A stretch of 56,847 nt of DNA, counting the filler, from Asterionella formosa (Eukaryota), in assembly GCA_002256025.1 (NCBI GenBank). It is 6 parts of 6 records of this genome, joined end to end, with 100 filler letters (N's around TTAATTAATTAA, not from the genome) between each part and the next. Parts side by side here need not be neighbours in the genome. Positions count along the whole stretch, not along the records: positions 28,495 to 37,887 come from NKIB01010722.1; positions 37,988 to 47,368 come from NKIB01010727.1; positions 47,469 to 56,847 come from NKIB01010728.1; 3 more parts are not named here. One strand, written 5' to 3'. Within the stretch, counting starts at the first letter, position 1. Every line of letters begins with the position of its first letter. Shown here piece by piece: positions 35,467 to 47,660 of this stretch. Position numbers and translations under genes: made by a program. Under the pieces are notes generated by a model. It did not search any database, had not been told where the DNA came from, and saw nothing but the letters and a program-made list of their open reading frames with translations.

Positions 35467-37534
35467 CCAGTTAAAAATGGCTTTGAGCCACTTAACGATA
35501 TATTGTTCACTGTGTTTACATAGATTATTTCTAATTTTCCAGCTATGACTATTTTTAGTACGACGAAGTAGTTCCTGATGTTGCGCCGGATACAACATAT
35601 ATAGTTGTCGATTAGGTCTTTTGTGTTTTAGATAATCAGATAAATATGTCGGAAAGTAGCGATCGGCCAAAAAGGGGCAAAAACAATATTATACCATTGA
35701 GTCGGCATCTCACGGAAATACACATATTCATTTGAGTAGAAAACGTAATATCTAATATATATTAAGTTGCGTTTTACCGCCATGGCCAATGTAAAATAGC
35801 AATAAATGAATCAATTAGTCACTCTTAGTAAATGAATGCAATATTTCTAGAGGCCAAAAAATGGAGCCATGTTTTAATATCAGAGACCGTAATTCACATC
35901 GGAAATTGCTTCCGACACACCACAAAATGAAGCAAATCGCAGTCATCTCATTAACAACGATGAAACCTACAGCAAGAATACAGCCTCAACCATCCAAAAA
36001 GTACAAGGTGATGCCTAATTCGTTGGAAAAGACTGTAGTGTCACTCATTTAAAAAATATATAGCTATGGAATTAGAAACTTGAAAGGCAAATAACAATGG
36101 CAAACTAACATATGGTGCAATATCGAGTATTGTTCCATCGAAGGCGGCTGCACTGGCTTGGCTTACAAAACCTATAGTCCAAAACCATTTGCAGAAGCTA
36201 AATCAGGCGGGAAAGGCAAGTAATTCACTAGTACAATTACATCTTACTATGACACTAAATAATTCACAGTCATTGGCAGGATATACCTCATCAATTTTTA
36301 CCCTGACAACAAATTCAAGTTTAAATATCCAACTCACGAGATGCAAGAGAGACTTACTCACCCAAAGGGAAAGGCGCCATGCTACATATGCTATTGAAAA
36401 GGATGACATTGTTGATCTGGCTCTGGTGTTGAAAGCTTGGGATGAATACTTTACCCATATCGCTACAAACCAAAAAGCTGTTGCTGAACAAGGTTGGGTC
36501 CATTGGAAAACAGATTGTAGCTCCATCCGGAAATTCAACTGACAAGTATGAAATCTGCAAACAGAAGCAAACAATAATCAACCAGTCTCTTTCATTCCCC
36601 CATGCGGACTAAACTTGTGCCAAGGATTCACTGGAACCCTTGTTGATCATGTTGTACAGTATCGCAATCATAAAGGATGCTAGAAACGGAATATATCTGG
36701 AAACACTTGCACGCCAACAAAAAGAAACAGCACTTAGGGCGATTGCAAGCAATGAACAATACATAGTCGGTATCATGTCGCTGCAGGCAGGTACTTGTTG
36801 GTTCCTGAAGTGGTCGATGACCAGCTGAAAAGGAAGAGGCATGCGGAAGAAGTGCAGAGTGAGCAAGAGAATAAGAAAATAGATGCACACATAGCGCTAG
36901 CAAACAAGGTTTATGTGATCAGATCTCGCAGAGTGGACAGTGGTGCAAGCGAAAACAGCGGCAGCATGGTACAAGCAAGCAGGCGATCATCCATTACCAA
37001 CAACAAAGCAACTTCTACTTACCAGATACCATGACATCATGATGCATGGCAACACTGAAGTACCAGTTGCAACTGCAATGGTGCCACTTCCTCACCCTTT
37101 GGTCACTCCTCTTACATGACAAGATATGATGGGAGGAACACCAGTCTAAGAACAAGCAATGCAATGACTACTGCGAAAAAATGCGAGGAGTCTTTGATGG
37201 AACTGACAAGATAAAATGGGAACACCACCAGTAGAAGAACGATGCAACTACAGCGAAAAAACATGCAAACGATATAATATTTTCTAACTGTCGCCTATAA
37301 AAATAACTTCATGTATGAAAAAATTTTAATCAATGGCTTTGAGCCACTTCGACCAGTTTTGTCACTTTTAAAATGGATAGATCTCAGTTTATATATGCTC
37401 AAGTAAAAATGATTCAATCCTCATGTAGCTTACCTGTAATGAACTAACTAATATCGAGCCGAAGGGCGAAAGAGGGGATCGATTTTAGCAGAATTCTAGA
37501 ATTAGTCGGAAAACGATATTACAACGTGGCTTGG
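35467..37534 (+). mobile_element. Decayed pogo/Tc1-like transposon
   Basis: TA|CCAGTTAAAAATGGCTTTGAGCCACTT left end, with an internal copy AATGGCTTTGAGCCACTT near 37333. Transposase-like remnant EKDDIV..VLKAWDEYF..NQKAVAEQGW. Confidence 0.6.
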
Positions 37535-37794
37535 TACCAGGTACTTCCACGAGGTACCTTGATTTTATCTACGTACCGTATGGTAGGTTCAAATAAAACA
37601 ATCTTTTCCAGGGTCGTAGACAATTGGGAAATCTAGGTGATTCGCAGCGTCCAGATGAGTTTTGTTCGCCAGCTATAAGCATAGTTGAGTATAGAGCATC
37701 CTTTATAAAAGGTGACATTTGGGAAAGGAATCATTAATCATAATAACATCCAAAAGCCAGGCAGCAGCAGCGGCATCTGGAACTATTATCTAGT

Positions 37795-37887
37795 CTAGAT
37801 ATCATCGAAATCAATACCAATGTCATCGTCGGCATCATCTCCAGCCATGGCCATGTCAACTGCAGTCTCGTTAATGCGTGCTGTTTC
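37795..37887 (-). CDS. EIF1A: Translation initiation factor eIF1A, C-terminal 30 codons (cut by scaffold end)
   Basis: ETARINETAVDMAMAGDDADDDIGIDFDDI* matches the (LP)ExAxINE...acidic..DDI tail of eIF1A. Confidence 0.75.
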   Translation of the reverse strand, partial: ETARINETAVDMAMAGDDADDDIGIDFDDI

Positions 37888-37987
37888 NNNNNNNNNNNNN
37901 NNNNNNNNNNNNNNNNNNNNNNNNNNNNNNNTTAATTAATTAANNNNNNNNNNNNNNNNNNNNNNNNNNNNNNNNNNNNNNNNNNNN
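37888..37987. other. Artificial scaffold-joining spacer
   Basis: N44-TTAATTAATTAA-N44. Confidence 0.97.
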
Positions 37988-38538
37988 TTGTTATTATGAT
38001 ATTGTGGTGAACAAGTCCTTGCTTGCTTTGCTTGCTGACCTTACTTTCGCAATTCGGATCACCTTCCCGCAACCGGTAATAAGAAAAGGAAGACTCCGTA
38101 CTCCGTATACTACCGGTAGATTGCTCCCTGGTGCGTGTGTGTGCGCGTCGGTGGAAGCTAAGATACATACCAGTACATAATCATCATCCTCATCGAGGAC
38201 CATCAAAATCTGGTAGACTACCAGCTACCAGCTACCAGGTACCTGGTTCCAGGTTCCAGGTACCAGGTACCAGGAACTTACTATACATAAATGATAGAGC
38301 TATGAATACAACGCCATGAATAAAATATATTCACGATACGTATCTGGTATAACAAATGTTCTACTCTATAACTCTGATCAACACTGTTGAAGGGAACCTT
38401 TTTAACGTAGTTGAAACCACCACTGAAAAAAATACGCACAGGTAGTACCGGTAGTAAGTAATATACGGTACACAGGTTGCTAATGTGCCAGGTACCTGCA
38501 GGATATCGGTAATCCACGAAGGATAATGCGAACAAAAT

Positions 38539-39267
38539 TTATGCTGTAAATTCAGCATCCACATCATCGCCCATGTTATCTTTGGGTGCAGGTTCTTGTA
38601 TAGGTCCTTCAGGTTCGGCTTCGACTTCTGGTTCATCCGCAGCCACCCCAGCTTCCTCAGCATCAGCAGCGACATCGTCAGTAGCAGGCTTGCTGTCACT
38701 GGCATCATGTTTCTTGAAACCTACCATCATCAATAAGCCCGCAGTGAAAAATAAGGCACACGAGGCAATGTTGAGCTTAATGCCCCACCCAAAGGAGCAA
38801 ACTTGTTCGTATTTGCTGGCATCATTGCCAATCACCTTGGTAGCGTCACATGCATTTGATGCCAATATGAGCATGGTAAGGCCCTGGAACAAAGAGGCAA
38901 CAAGGAGCACGAGACCTCCAATCTTTGATGTGGAACTTCCACTGCCGCCCTTACTCATTCCCATGGCGATGAGTCCAAACACGGGGGCAAGGACAGCAAA
39001 AGCACGCACGGACTTCCACTTGGAATCGATATCAGTGGAGCTGGAGTAACCGAGGCATCTTTCGCCAACATGGAGTTCGCCGTTGATATCACCATAGGTT
39101 ATTTGCTTCTGCAACCAAACACCAAAGGGCAAAGTTGGGAGACTTGGATAGGCAGCACTGGGGTAAAATACAACTGTCTCGCAATAGGTATTTCCAACAA
39201 GGGACAGTACCGCGGCAGCGAAAGCGAAGAACACTGGAACGATTGTAAACAATGCATTGCTGAACAT
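38539..39267 (-). CDS. Four-TM claudin-like membrane protein with acidic tail
   Basis: Four hydrophobic helices, FGVW and Cys in loop 1, C..C.FGWG in loop 2, and a D/E/A/P-rich C-terminus. Confidence 0.75.
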   Translation of the reverse strand: MFSNALFTIVPVFFAFAAAVLSLVGNTYCETVVFYPSAAYPSLPTLPFGVWLQKQITYGDINGELHVGERCLGYSSSTDIDSKWKSVRAFAVLAPVFGLIAMGMSKGGSGSSTSKIGGLVLLVASLFQGLTMLILASNACDATKVIGNDASKYEQVCSFGWGIKLNIASCALFFTAGLLMMVGFKKHDASDSKPATDDVAADAEEAGVAADEPEVEAEPEGPIQEPAPKDNMGDDVDAEFTA

Positions 39268-40157
39268 TGAAGAACATCGTTGGAAAGCAGAAGAGCGATG
39301 TGTTAGGAATATTGTGATGCGACAATATTCACAGCATGTTATTTGCCTTTTACATATTGCAGCTCCGAAAATTTCAAACTATTTCTTGCGGGTCCGAGTT
39401 CTGTCCAATAGCTAGTTATACTTGATGAAGAAGAGGACGCGTTCGGTATCATAATGTTCCTTTAGTTGTTTCGAAGTATAAAAAAATGCTCTATAATACT
39501 CACGGCGCCATAGTTCTTTTCTTTCTTCCTCACGGGGTAATTTTATGAGGCGAACACACGGCGACTAAAGAATGATTCTAGCTTGTGCCTGGTGACACCA
39601 AGAAATGAGAATGTTGACATGAGAACACATCAATTAGCATGCTACGTATGTGTACTGGATTTCTACTGTAGCTACAACCTCAAGCCATTTGTTGGACCAT
39701 GGTACCGGTACTTGGTACCATGTACCAGGTACCTGGTACCGTTCTGGTAGACCATCACTTATGCTACCAGGTACATACAAGATAAAAGCAAAAAAGGGTG
39801 TTTATGCAGTACCTGGTACCAGGTACCTATGAGAAAAGAAAGTGTGACACATCTGTACCTGGTACCGCTATAATTAGCTGAAACACATCGGGTACATGCT
39901 TTTTTAGGATACGTAGTACGCTTGCGAAATGGAATATTTTTAATCGCTGCAATTAATTCTTCACGATCATTGTATTCGCGAGAACCGCCAAGAATTTGCG
40001 GGAAGAAAGCGATGCAACCACGTCACTATAGCTTACCAATACAATTCTTGTGGTATACCTGGTACCGGCACATCTATATTGAAAGAAGCCTTCGTCGATA
40101 CGCTATGTAGTATGTTGTTGGGACTATTGATGTGTAGGTACCAGGTGACAACCGGTG

Positions 40158-41023
40158 CCAGAAAAAACAGCATTTGACCCACTGAGAAAAATTACGAACT
40201 GCATTGACCCATTGACGGTATAAAAAACACGTTTTGTTATGAAAAATCATTCATTTTCTATTTCTTAAGCTCCAGAATGTATCTTGTGCATATACCGGAT
40301 GGTGTGATACTGTTAATTCTCAACCGATTGGACGTCGATCTTTCGTTAAATAAATTAGCTCAAAAGTGGCGATCGGAAAAAAAAGTGAAAAGCACGGATC
40401 ATCCCTAGTTTTGAGTTCTCATCTTATGTTGTGTACAACGTTTTAAATAAATTTCTCGCATTTTATGTCTTATCCATAACCTTGTCAATAATAATTCAGT
40501 ATATAAAAATTGATGAAACCCGGTGCAGCCGTGTAATCCCAGTATCTACCGGTATGTAGGCAGACAATTATAAGTGGCACGGAGTACCTGGTGCCTGGTA
40601 CCTATAAATATGTACCCATGGCTGTGCACAAAACTGATACTGTACATCTATTGTACCAGGTACCAGGAATGGTACCTCTACAATGTACAGGTATCATGTA
40701 TGGAGCATCATGCATTTTATGTCTTTTCGCTTTGAACCAAACAGGATAATCCGTGTTCACCAACGAATATAAAATTACTTTCAGGTATGCTAAAAGGTAA
40801 AAATTTCATATACTGCATTGACCCACTGAGACTGAATTTTACGTCCAGATGTATATAAATATCTTCTGAACCAGATGTTCAATTTAACGAGGAAAAGGAT
40901 GCTAATGTACGGCCTTATGCCATCAATACTTCCGAACAGATTTCAGAGAGAGGGAAGCTAAGTGTTAGTCGAATTAATCAAACGAATGGGATAAAACAGT
41001 GGGTCAATGCAGTTTTTGACTGG
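40158..41023. mobile_element. Non-autonomous TIR element (CCAGTCAAAAACTGC family)
   Basis: Left end CCAGAAAAAACAGCATTTGACCCACTG, right end CAGTGGGTCAATGCAGTTTTTGACTGG|TA. Internal copies of ACTGCATTGACCCAyTG near 40198 and 40812. Confidence 0.8.
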
Positions 41024-41193
41024 TACCGCACAACGGTACCATAGGTGGAACATGTAACAAAAAAAGGCAACAAGTGTGTTCATGCATCGTATAATAACCG
41101 TATGTATAATAACATGTTGGTGCTCACATGCAATAAATCATTACACTAATGTGCTGCTGTTGCTCCTTTCTATCCCATTCATAGCTCGCCATC

Positions 41194-41949
41194 ATGTCCA
41201 CAAACGATCGTCGTGCAGCTCATCAGGCATCTCGAGATAGGTCAAGTTTTGTACGGTCCTTTTATCCATTGAAATTTGCTGATAGGGACGAAACCAACGC
41301 TACTACTAACGACAATGTTCTTAGTGAAAGTACGCCACTTCCAGTCATTAACAACAATGAAGAAAGTAGACTCAGTAGTTGGTATGAAGACGCATTGAAT
41401 CAGACTGAAAAAACAGATCAGTTGGATGACTTATTTGGCATTGCCAATTCTACAGGTAATGACGGTAATACTGACAATAGCGACTTCACCTTTGACGATG
41501 GTGAAATTTTGGAACAATATCGCATCATGGCACAGCATCAAGCCTTATCTCGTGTCAAGGAGATTATTGGATTTGACAGGCACGATTATGAAAAAAAGAA
41601 GAAATTCTCATCTAATGATGATCAAAAAAAGTTGCCGTCGAAAGCAACTTGCCTCCCAGAACCCATACTAATAAAAAGTACGGTGGCATCGCCACCCAAA
41701 CCAGAAGAACCATCCTCCATACCAGCACTAACATTCAAAAGTCGGTTCATGCATCAAAGAATGGTTCGCGTCCCTGACTTGTGTTGTGGTACTCCTAGTC
41801 GAGGAACTCCGGTCAACACCATGCCTCCGGACGAGCATAGTGTCCGTTGCTTAGGATGCCGGGCGCAACTGCGGGTCAAATTATTAGCAACATTGGTCAG
41901 TTGTCCAGAATGCAATACAGTGAGTTCAGCTACCAGTACGAGACGATAA
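41194..41949 (+). CDS. Hypothetical protein with C-terminal LSD1-like zinc ribbon
   Basis: Intronless 251-aa ORF ending VRCLGCRAQLRVKLLATLVSCPECNTVS. Confidence 0.75.
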   Translation: MSTNDRRAAHQASRDRSSFVRSFYPLKFADRDETNATTNDNVLSESTPLPVINNNEESRLSSWYEDALNQTEKTDQLDDLFGIANSTGNDGNTDNSDFTFDDGEILEQYRIMAQHQALSRVKEIIGFDRHDYEKKKKFSSNDDQKKLPSKATCLPEPILIKSTVASPPKPEEPSSIPALTFKSRFMHQRMVRVPDLCCGTPSRGTPVNTMPPDEHSVRCLGCRAQLRVKLLATLVSCPECNTVSSATSTRR

Positions 41950-42155
41950 GTTGAAACTTTGAAACCAATTGTAAGTATGTTAGTACTTTTAGGATTTATA
42001 AAAATACATAGTCATTCGAAAGAGTCAATGCTCCTTTCCTTCCAAAATCTGCTACGAAACTAACAATCATACTAGGTGGCCATGCCAAGGATGTCATCAT
42101 ACATGCATTTTCAAAAACTCAATTGTGAACAAATCATAATAGTGAAGCAGTGGAT

Positions 42156-42327
42156 CCTCCCTCATCGTAGACACATTTGGCGTGGACAATATTATTATCA
42201 ACGTTTACAGCTGGCAACAACCACTATCGAAATACCCGCAGCCTCCCTCATATTGGACATCTTTGGCGTGGACAATGCTATTATCAACGTTTACAGCTGG
42301 GAACAACCGCTATCAAAATACCCGCAG
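42156..42327 (+). repeat. Tandem duplication, 2 x 86 bp
   Basis: CCTCCCTCAT...TTTGGCGTGGACAAT..TATTATCAACGTTTACAGCTGG.AACAACC.CTATC.AAATACCCGCAG twice. Confidence 0.85.
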
Positions 42328-42833
42328 CAACTTTGATAGGTGCCGTCAATGACCTTTAAGACGTTTGTTTCCTATGATGGATGAACAGGAAACATCAACG
42401 CTCGCCCTCTCATGCAATTATCGCAAACCGCATGGTTCCGACCTGGAAATATTCAAGGAAATTTGACATTAATTGGAATGCTTCCTTGTTTGATGGACAT
42501 TTCGATGGATGTTTTTTTACCATTGTATAATGATGTTACATAATGAATTTCCGCTACTTTGAGCATTCTCAAATTTGGATGGTTTTGTAAGGCGCACACA
42601 TAAAGCTTTCTTATGTTGGGATTCTGATGACTTTTAAGATATTGTTGCCCTCAATTTCTCATGTCGGAACGATTACAATCGATTACTGTAACATTGTTGT
42701 TCATATCTACAGCCTACCGGTATTTGGTCCCTGACGTCTCCTTAGGGCCCTTACAGGATACAAGAAAGCTACCGTATACTTTATTGTCCTGGACCCTCCA
42801 ATGTACACTGCCGTGACTGAATTTGACTGATTT

Positions 42834-43651
42834 TAGAAAAGATTCGAATAGGCGCTCGCAGACCGGGATACTGATTTTTGTGAATCGGGCTCCAATTATA
42901 TGGTACAGTAAGCGACAGAACACTGTCGAGACATCGACGTTTGGTAGCGAATTTGTGGCTTTGAAGATCTCGGTCGAACTGATCGAGGCATTGAGGTATA
43001 AGCTGAGAATGTTTGGAATCCCAATCGATGGACCGACTAACGTTTTCTGCGACAACGAGGCGGTGACGAAGAACACGATTCATCCAGAATCGACTTTGAA
43101 AAAGAAACATAATGCGATAGCATATCACAGAGCGAGAGAAGCTGTGTCGGCAGGGATGATTCGGGTAACGAAGGAAGATGGAAAGACTAATTTGGCTGAT
43201 GTGCTGACAAAGCCATTACCCCAAATTACACGAGAGAATTTGTGCGACAAGTTCATGTATTGATGGCTGTTGGATCACAGTGGGTCGAAGATTGAAGCCA
43301 AGGTTCATTGTGATGTCACAACCTATGACTCCGGTTACCTCCTGGGCACGCAATGACGTGTGGCACCGAATCCAGGTCGATGTTTAGTGACATATTTGTT
43401 TGGTTTCACCTCCCATGTATTCGAGGGGACTGAACGAATATTGCAGTGCAGTATGGGCGCGTGGGTGAATGTACCGTGTCATACGGTACAGGGTACTAAC
43501 TAGCCGTTAGAGTGTTTTAGCGATAGTACAGTGTGCAAGCTTGGAGCAGCGAATGCGCTGGAACGGCATAGGTTTATATATCTTTAAGTCTATCTTTTCA
43601 ACCTTTATCTTTCTTTCCTTGTGCACCATGTAAGTTGTTCTGCCGACAACA
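42834..43651 (+). mobile_element. 5'-truncated copia: RNase H, PPT and putative 3' LTR (43431-43651)
   Basis: RRSQTGILIF..WYSKRQNTVETSTFGSEFVA..CDNEAV..LKKKHNAIAYH..NLADVLTKPL. PPT GAGGGGAC then TG...ACAACA. Confidence 0.88.
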
Positions 43652-43863
43652 CTAGCGTATTTATTCGAATATAGTGGTCTTAGCAGTTTTTGACTGGTAC
43701 TCCGAACCACTGTCCACGATATGCATCAGTCGACTGTTAGTCATAGCTACCGGTTAGTAGATGACGAGCACACTTTCACAACACGGTACCAGTACCTGGT
43801 ACCTGGTAACAGGTACCAAACTCTCAACTCTCAGCAACTCTCCACAAGGTACCATACCTGGTA

Positions 43864-45000
43864 CCACTTAAAAACTGTAAGCCACCGTTATTTTACTCTA
43901 TCTTTCTACTAAAAATATTTATGTAATTCAATGATCAAAACTTGACGCAAGTACTAAGCTTATGTAAAACAATGCTCTCTGCTATACTATTAAGGAATCA
44001 GTTTTGATTCAGTGTAGTATGTAGCCATGAAGAAATAATTTTTCCAAAGTCACTAAGATTATTGCATAGCGGTGGCTTACAGCAGTGCATATTTCTCTAT
44101 TTGTAATGTACATATTTTCCTCCCAAACTGTGTTTATTTTTACTCCGTTAATACTACAAAATTATTTTCTTATTACTTTACATTTTACACTTTTGCAGGG
44201 CAGCATCATTTGGAGAATTCTTCTGATGCATTACATTAATCTTGAGCTTCTTTGCATCCAATTACTTGCTTGCGGAGTCTCAAACTTCATCACGGAATGG
44301 TGGATCGGCAGTAGCAGTTGTAGAAGGAGGCAGAGGGAATAGCAACAGGAGGAGGTGCAGTAACAACAACCACAGCAATAGGAGGTGTATGGAGAGGGAA
44401 TGGCGGCTGCTGGTCACCATGGTGATTGGTGTTGTCGAATCTTGTAATCAGAGCTTCCCTTGTTTGTGGAACCAGCAAATCACCTGATTGTTTGTACCAA
44501 CGCACCATTAATTTCAATTCTGGCACAGACATCTGTCCTTTTGTTTTGTTCTGTTCCTTCAATGTAAGTACTTTTCCGCGAAGTGTATTGAATTCTTGTT
44601 GCATTTTTGTTTCTTTTGTACTTATGACAATGTCTGAAAATCGCTTCCATTCCAGTGTAGCAGCAAGAATATTTGGCCCAAGGGCAAAGGTTTGTGCAGA
44701 GGCTAGTAGTCCTGCTTTTCTCCTCTTCTTGTGTCCCTCATCTTGTGTCCCTCAAAATGTGAATCCCCTGTCTCCTTTCTCTTTCTAGCTTGGGCCTCCC
44801 GGTCGATTCCATTTCGCACATCCTTGCGTTTGCAAAACTAGTTAATTCTTCCAACAATTGTTCCAGCAAAGCCAGTTTGGAGGTTTAACTCATCAAGAGG
44901 GAGAGTGGCAGTCTCTATGGGCGCATTGATGCTCTGTTGTGGTTGGGTTAGTTGAATCTCAGGGTGAAGCAAGACATTTTAGTTCAGGGGATAGGATCGA
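43864..45000 (-). mobile_element. 3' part of a decayed pogo/Tc1-like transposon
   Basis: TA|CCACTTAAAAACTGTAAGCCACCG end, with an inverted internal copy near 44068. Remnant PLN*NVLLHPEI..LNLQTGFAG.. and LKLMVRWYKQSGD. Confidence 0.6.
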
Positions 45001-45936
45001 ATTAAAAGAAAGGAGCGTAGCTAGCTTTCCAACTATCAGTAGTCTATTCTTGCTTTGCCACAGCGGAATGGTATCATCATCGGCTGTAACGACAGGATAG
45101 TTTAAATTTGCATTATAAAAGCAACTTACCACTCGCTCTTGATGTGGTCATTTGATAACAAGCGACAAGTCCCTCAATTTTCTTGGTCCAAATCGTGGTG
45201 TAGAATACATGCGACAGCGGTCACCTGCCAATGGGGACTCAAAGAAAAGCAAATTGCAACAACCCATTCAAATCGATATCATTATACATACCCACCACCA
45301 AGTGAGAAGCCCTCTCTAGTACTAGGAACTGGGATGACCATGTTTGGATGGTTTGTACTTGACATTTTATAGCTTATTTATTTATTTATTTTATGAACGA
45401 AAGTGTACCGGTATTAATATTCTCATTATTATACTTGACTTATCATGATGATTTGTGAAGATGCATTTGAACAGATCGCCAACCATGACGACACTGTTTT
45501 TCTTGCATCGGCACTAAAATACACATCTCATAGAGCAAGAATGACGACGCAAAGGAAGGTACCGGTATATCGCTGCACAAAAATTCAGGTACCTGGTACC
45601 GCGAGTAGTCTGATACCATGTGCCTGGTACCTGGTATGGAATATGATGGTTTATGTGCAATAAATATATACTGTAAATATGTAAACGGTAGAAAGATGTA
45701 TGTATGTATATATATATATCTATAAGCGTAACAAAAATATCATCAGTCATAATCAATCTGGAGAAGAGACCTAAAGTTAAAAGTGCCATACCGGGTATTA
45801 GGTAGGAGTACCGGGTAGTATAGTTTAGATATAGCAGAAATAATATAGGTGAGCCTATAAGACTGAACTATTTCGAGCTATTTATTGTCCATAAGGAACT
45901 AGAACATTTAATTGACATCTATTTGAGGTTATCCCT

Positions 45937-46477
45937 CTAGGAATTTTGAATATGAAAAAATTGAAAAATGGTAATCAAGGTCCCAATCAATCCCACTCCC
46001 GCAACAAACAATCCAATGATTTTTCCAATTTTATCCCGCTGATTTTCTTCAATCTGTTCGTCACTTTGTTGAACTTCAATTGTCACTTTGATAGTCAAAT
46101 CTAAATCTCCAGACTCCCCCATTGAGGTACTTTGATCCAAAGTGTTTGTCCTGGTGAGGTTTCCTTCTTCCAGGTCGCGAGTCCGCTCATTGGCCAAGAC
46201 CATTCCCGTGCCAGTCCCCAAGTCGCCCTGACTGTTGCTGAAACTGGCATCGACTGGCGCGGCCAAGTCGATACTAAACAACGACGGTAAAGGCAGAGAG
46301 TCAATGAGTCACACGGAGACGCAGAGGGTCAATGAAGGTTTCAACTACTCACGTTTCAGTCGTTTCGATAACTTCGGGATTCGTTCCTGCCTGTGTAGTA
46401 GATACATGAGTCACTACAGCACGGAGATCTGAAGTGCAGAAACTGGTAGTATTCTTAAGAGAGTGCTTGGGTTTCAT
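45937..46477 (-). CDS. Small tail-anchored hypothetical protein, 2 exons (46477-46353, 46273-45937), 153 aa
   Basis: 79-nt phase-2 intron GTGAGT...TTTAG joins two ORFs in frame. Single C-terminal TM IIGLFVAGVGLIGTLITIF. Confidence 0.55.
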
Positions 46478-47070
46478 GTTGGAGAATTTGCCTATCGTAC
46501 AAATTATGATCGCATGATGTGAATTTTTGAAGAAATGTAGTCGGGCAAAGGTGACACTAAAACAAACTTTTTGTTGTTGTTGTCGTTTCTGTTCACATTT
46601 CGGTCTGATGCCAGACGCGCGCGGCAAGGAGATCCGAGAAAGTGCAAATATTACCCATAAGTATAACACTGACACTCCTCGGTTAAACCGGTAATCGGTA
46701 TTTATGTCGCTCAAGACCTCGCGCCAGGCAACTTGTGACATTTTTGCTTGGCTTCATCATCTTCAAATTCTTTTTGCCGACAGGACTATTCTGAATATCT
46801 GATTCTACGTAGTTCCAGTATAAAATAGAAAAGATTCGAATAGGCGCTCGCAGACCGGGATACTGCCACCACCAAAGATTCCTCTCATTCAACAACACCG
46901 TTGACTGATGCACGCACGCCAATTCAGCAAAATGTAGCCACACCTTCTTTAACCCCGTGCATTGACCGATCTCGTATTTCCAAAATGATGGCATCGGCGC
47001 CTGCTGCTGTCAACAATTTTTTTAAATCATCAGAGAACTGATGGACCAACATCACGCTGTATGAACATTT

Positions 47071-47368
47071 ATGATGCACACAACGTCGGCGAAGCTCCCT
47101 GCGCTTTCCTTCTTATCGGCTGCCCTTTTCGTGGCAGGCTTTACCCCGAAAATCAACCATCATAGAAAGCTATTCTCAATTGCAGCAAACAGTCTAGGAC
47201 TTATCGAATCTCCAAATGCCAAATCCATTTCCGGCGTTTCTTACTCTGACGTTATTGATGGATTAGATTTGCTCTATCCACCATCTGAACTATCGCAGAG
47301 AAATGCCCTCTCCCGAACTGATGGCTACTGGCCGTTTGTCAAGGACGGACAAACTCCTCCCCCTGAAT
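47071..47368 (+). CDS. 5' part of a probable plastid-targeted protein (possibly methyltransferase-like), cut by scaffold end
   Basis: Signal peptide ending VAG-FTP. Open frame to the scaffold end (LYPP..RNALSRTDGYWPF). Confidence 0.65.
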
Positions 47369-47468
47369 NNNNNNNNNNNNNNNNNNNNNNNNNNNNNNNN
47401 NNNNNNNNNNNNTTAATTAATTAANNNNNNNNNNNNNNNNNNNNNNNNNNNNNNNNNNNNNNNNNNNN
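47369..47468. other. Artificial scaffold-joining spacer
   Basis: N44-TTAATTAATTAA-N44. Confidence 0.97.
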
Positions 47469-47660
47469 TGATGCAATGGTATTATAACTATGATAGTATC
47501 ATCATACTTCAAGCTCGGTAAAAGTTTACTGCATGATCATAACTATATGATACATTGATCATATTTTTGATCGAAAAACTATCATATATGTAAAAACTCT
47601 GTGCCACTTAGCGTACGATACCCTTGATCCTATATTCATGATTGTTTTTATTTGCAGACG

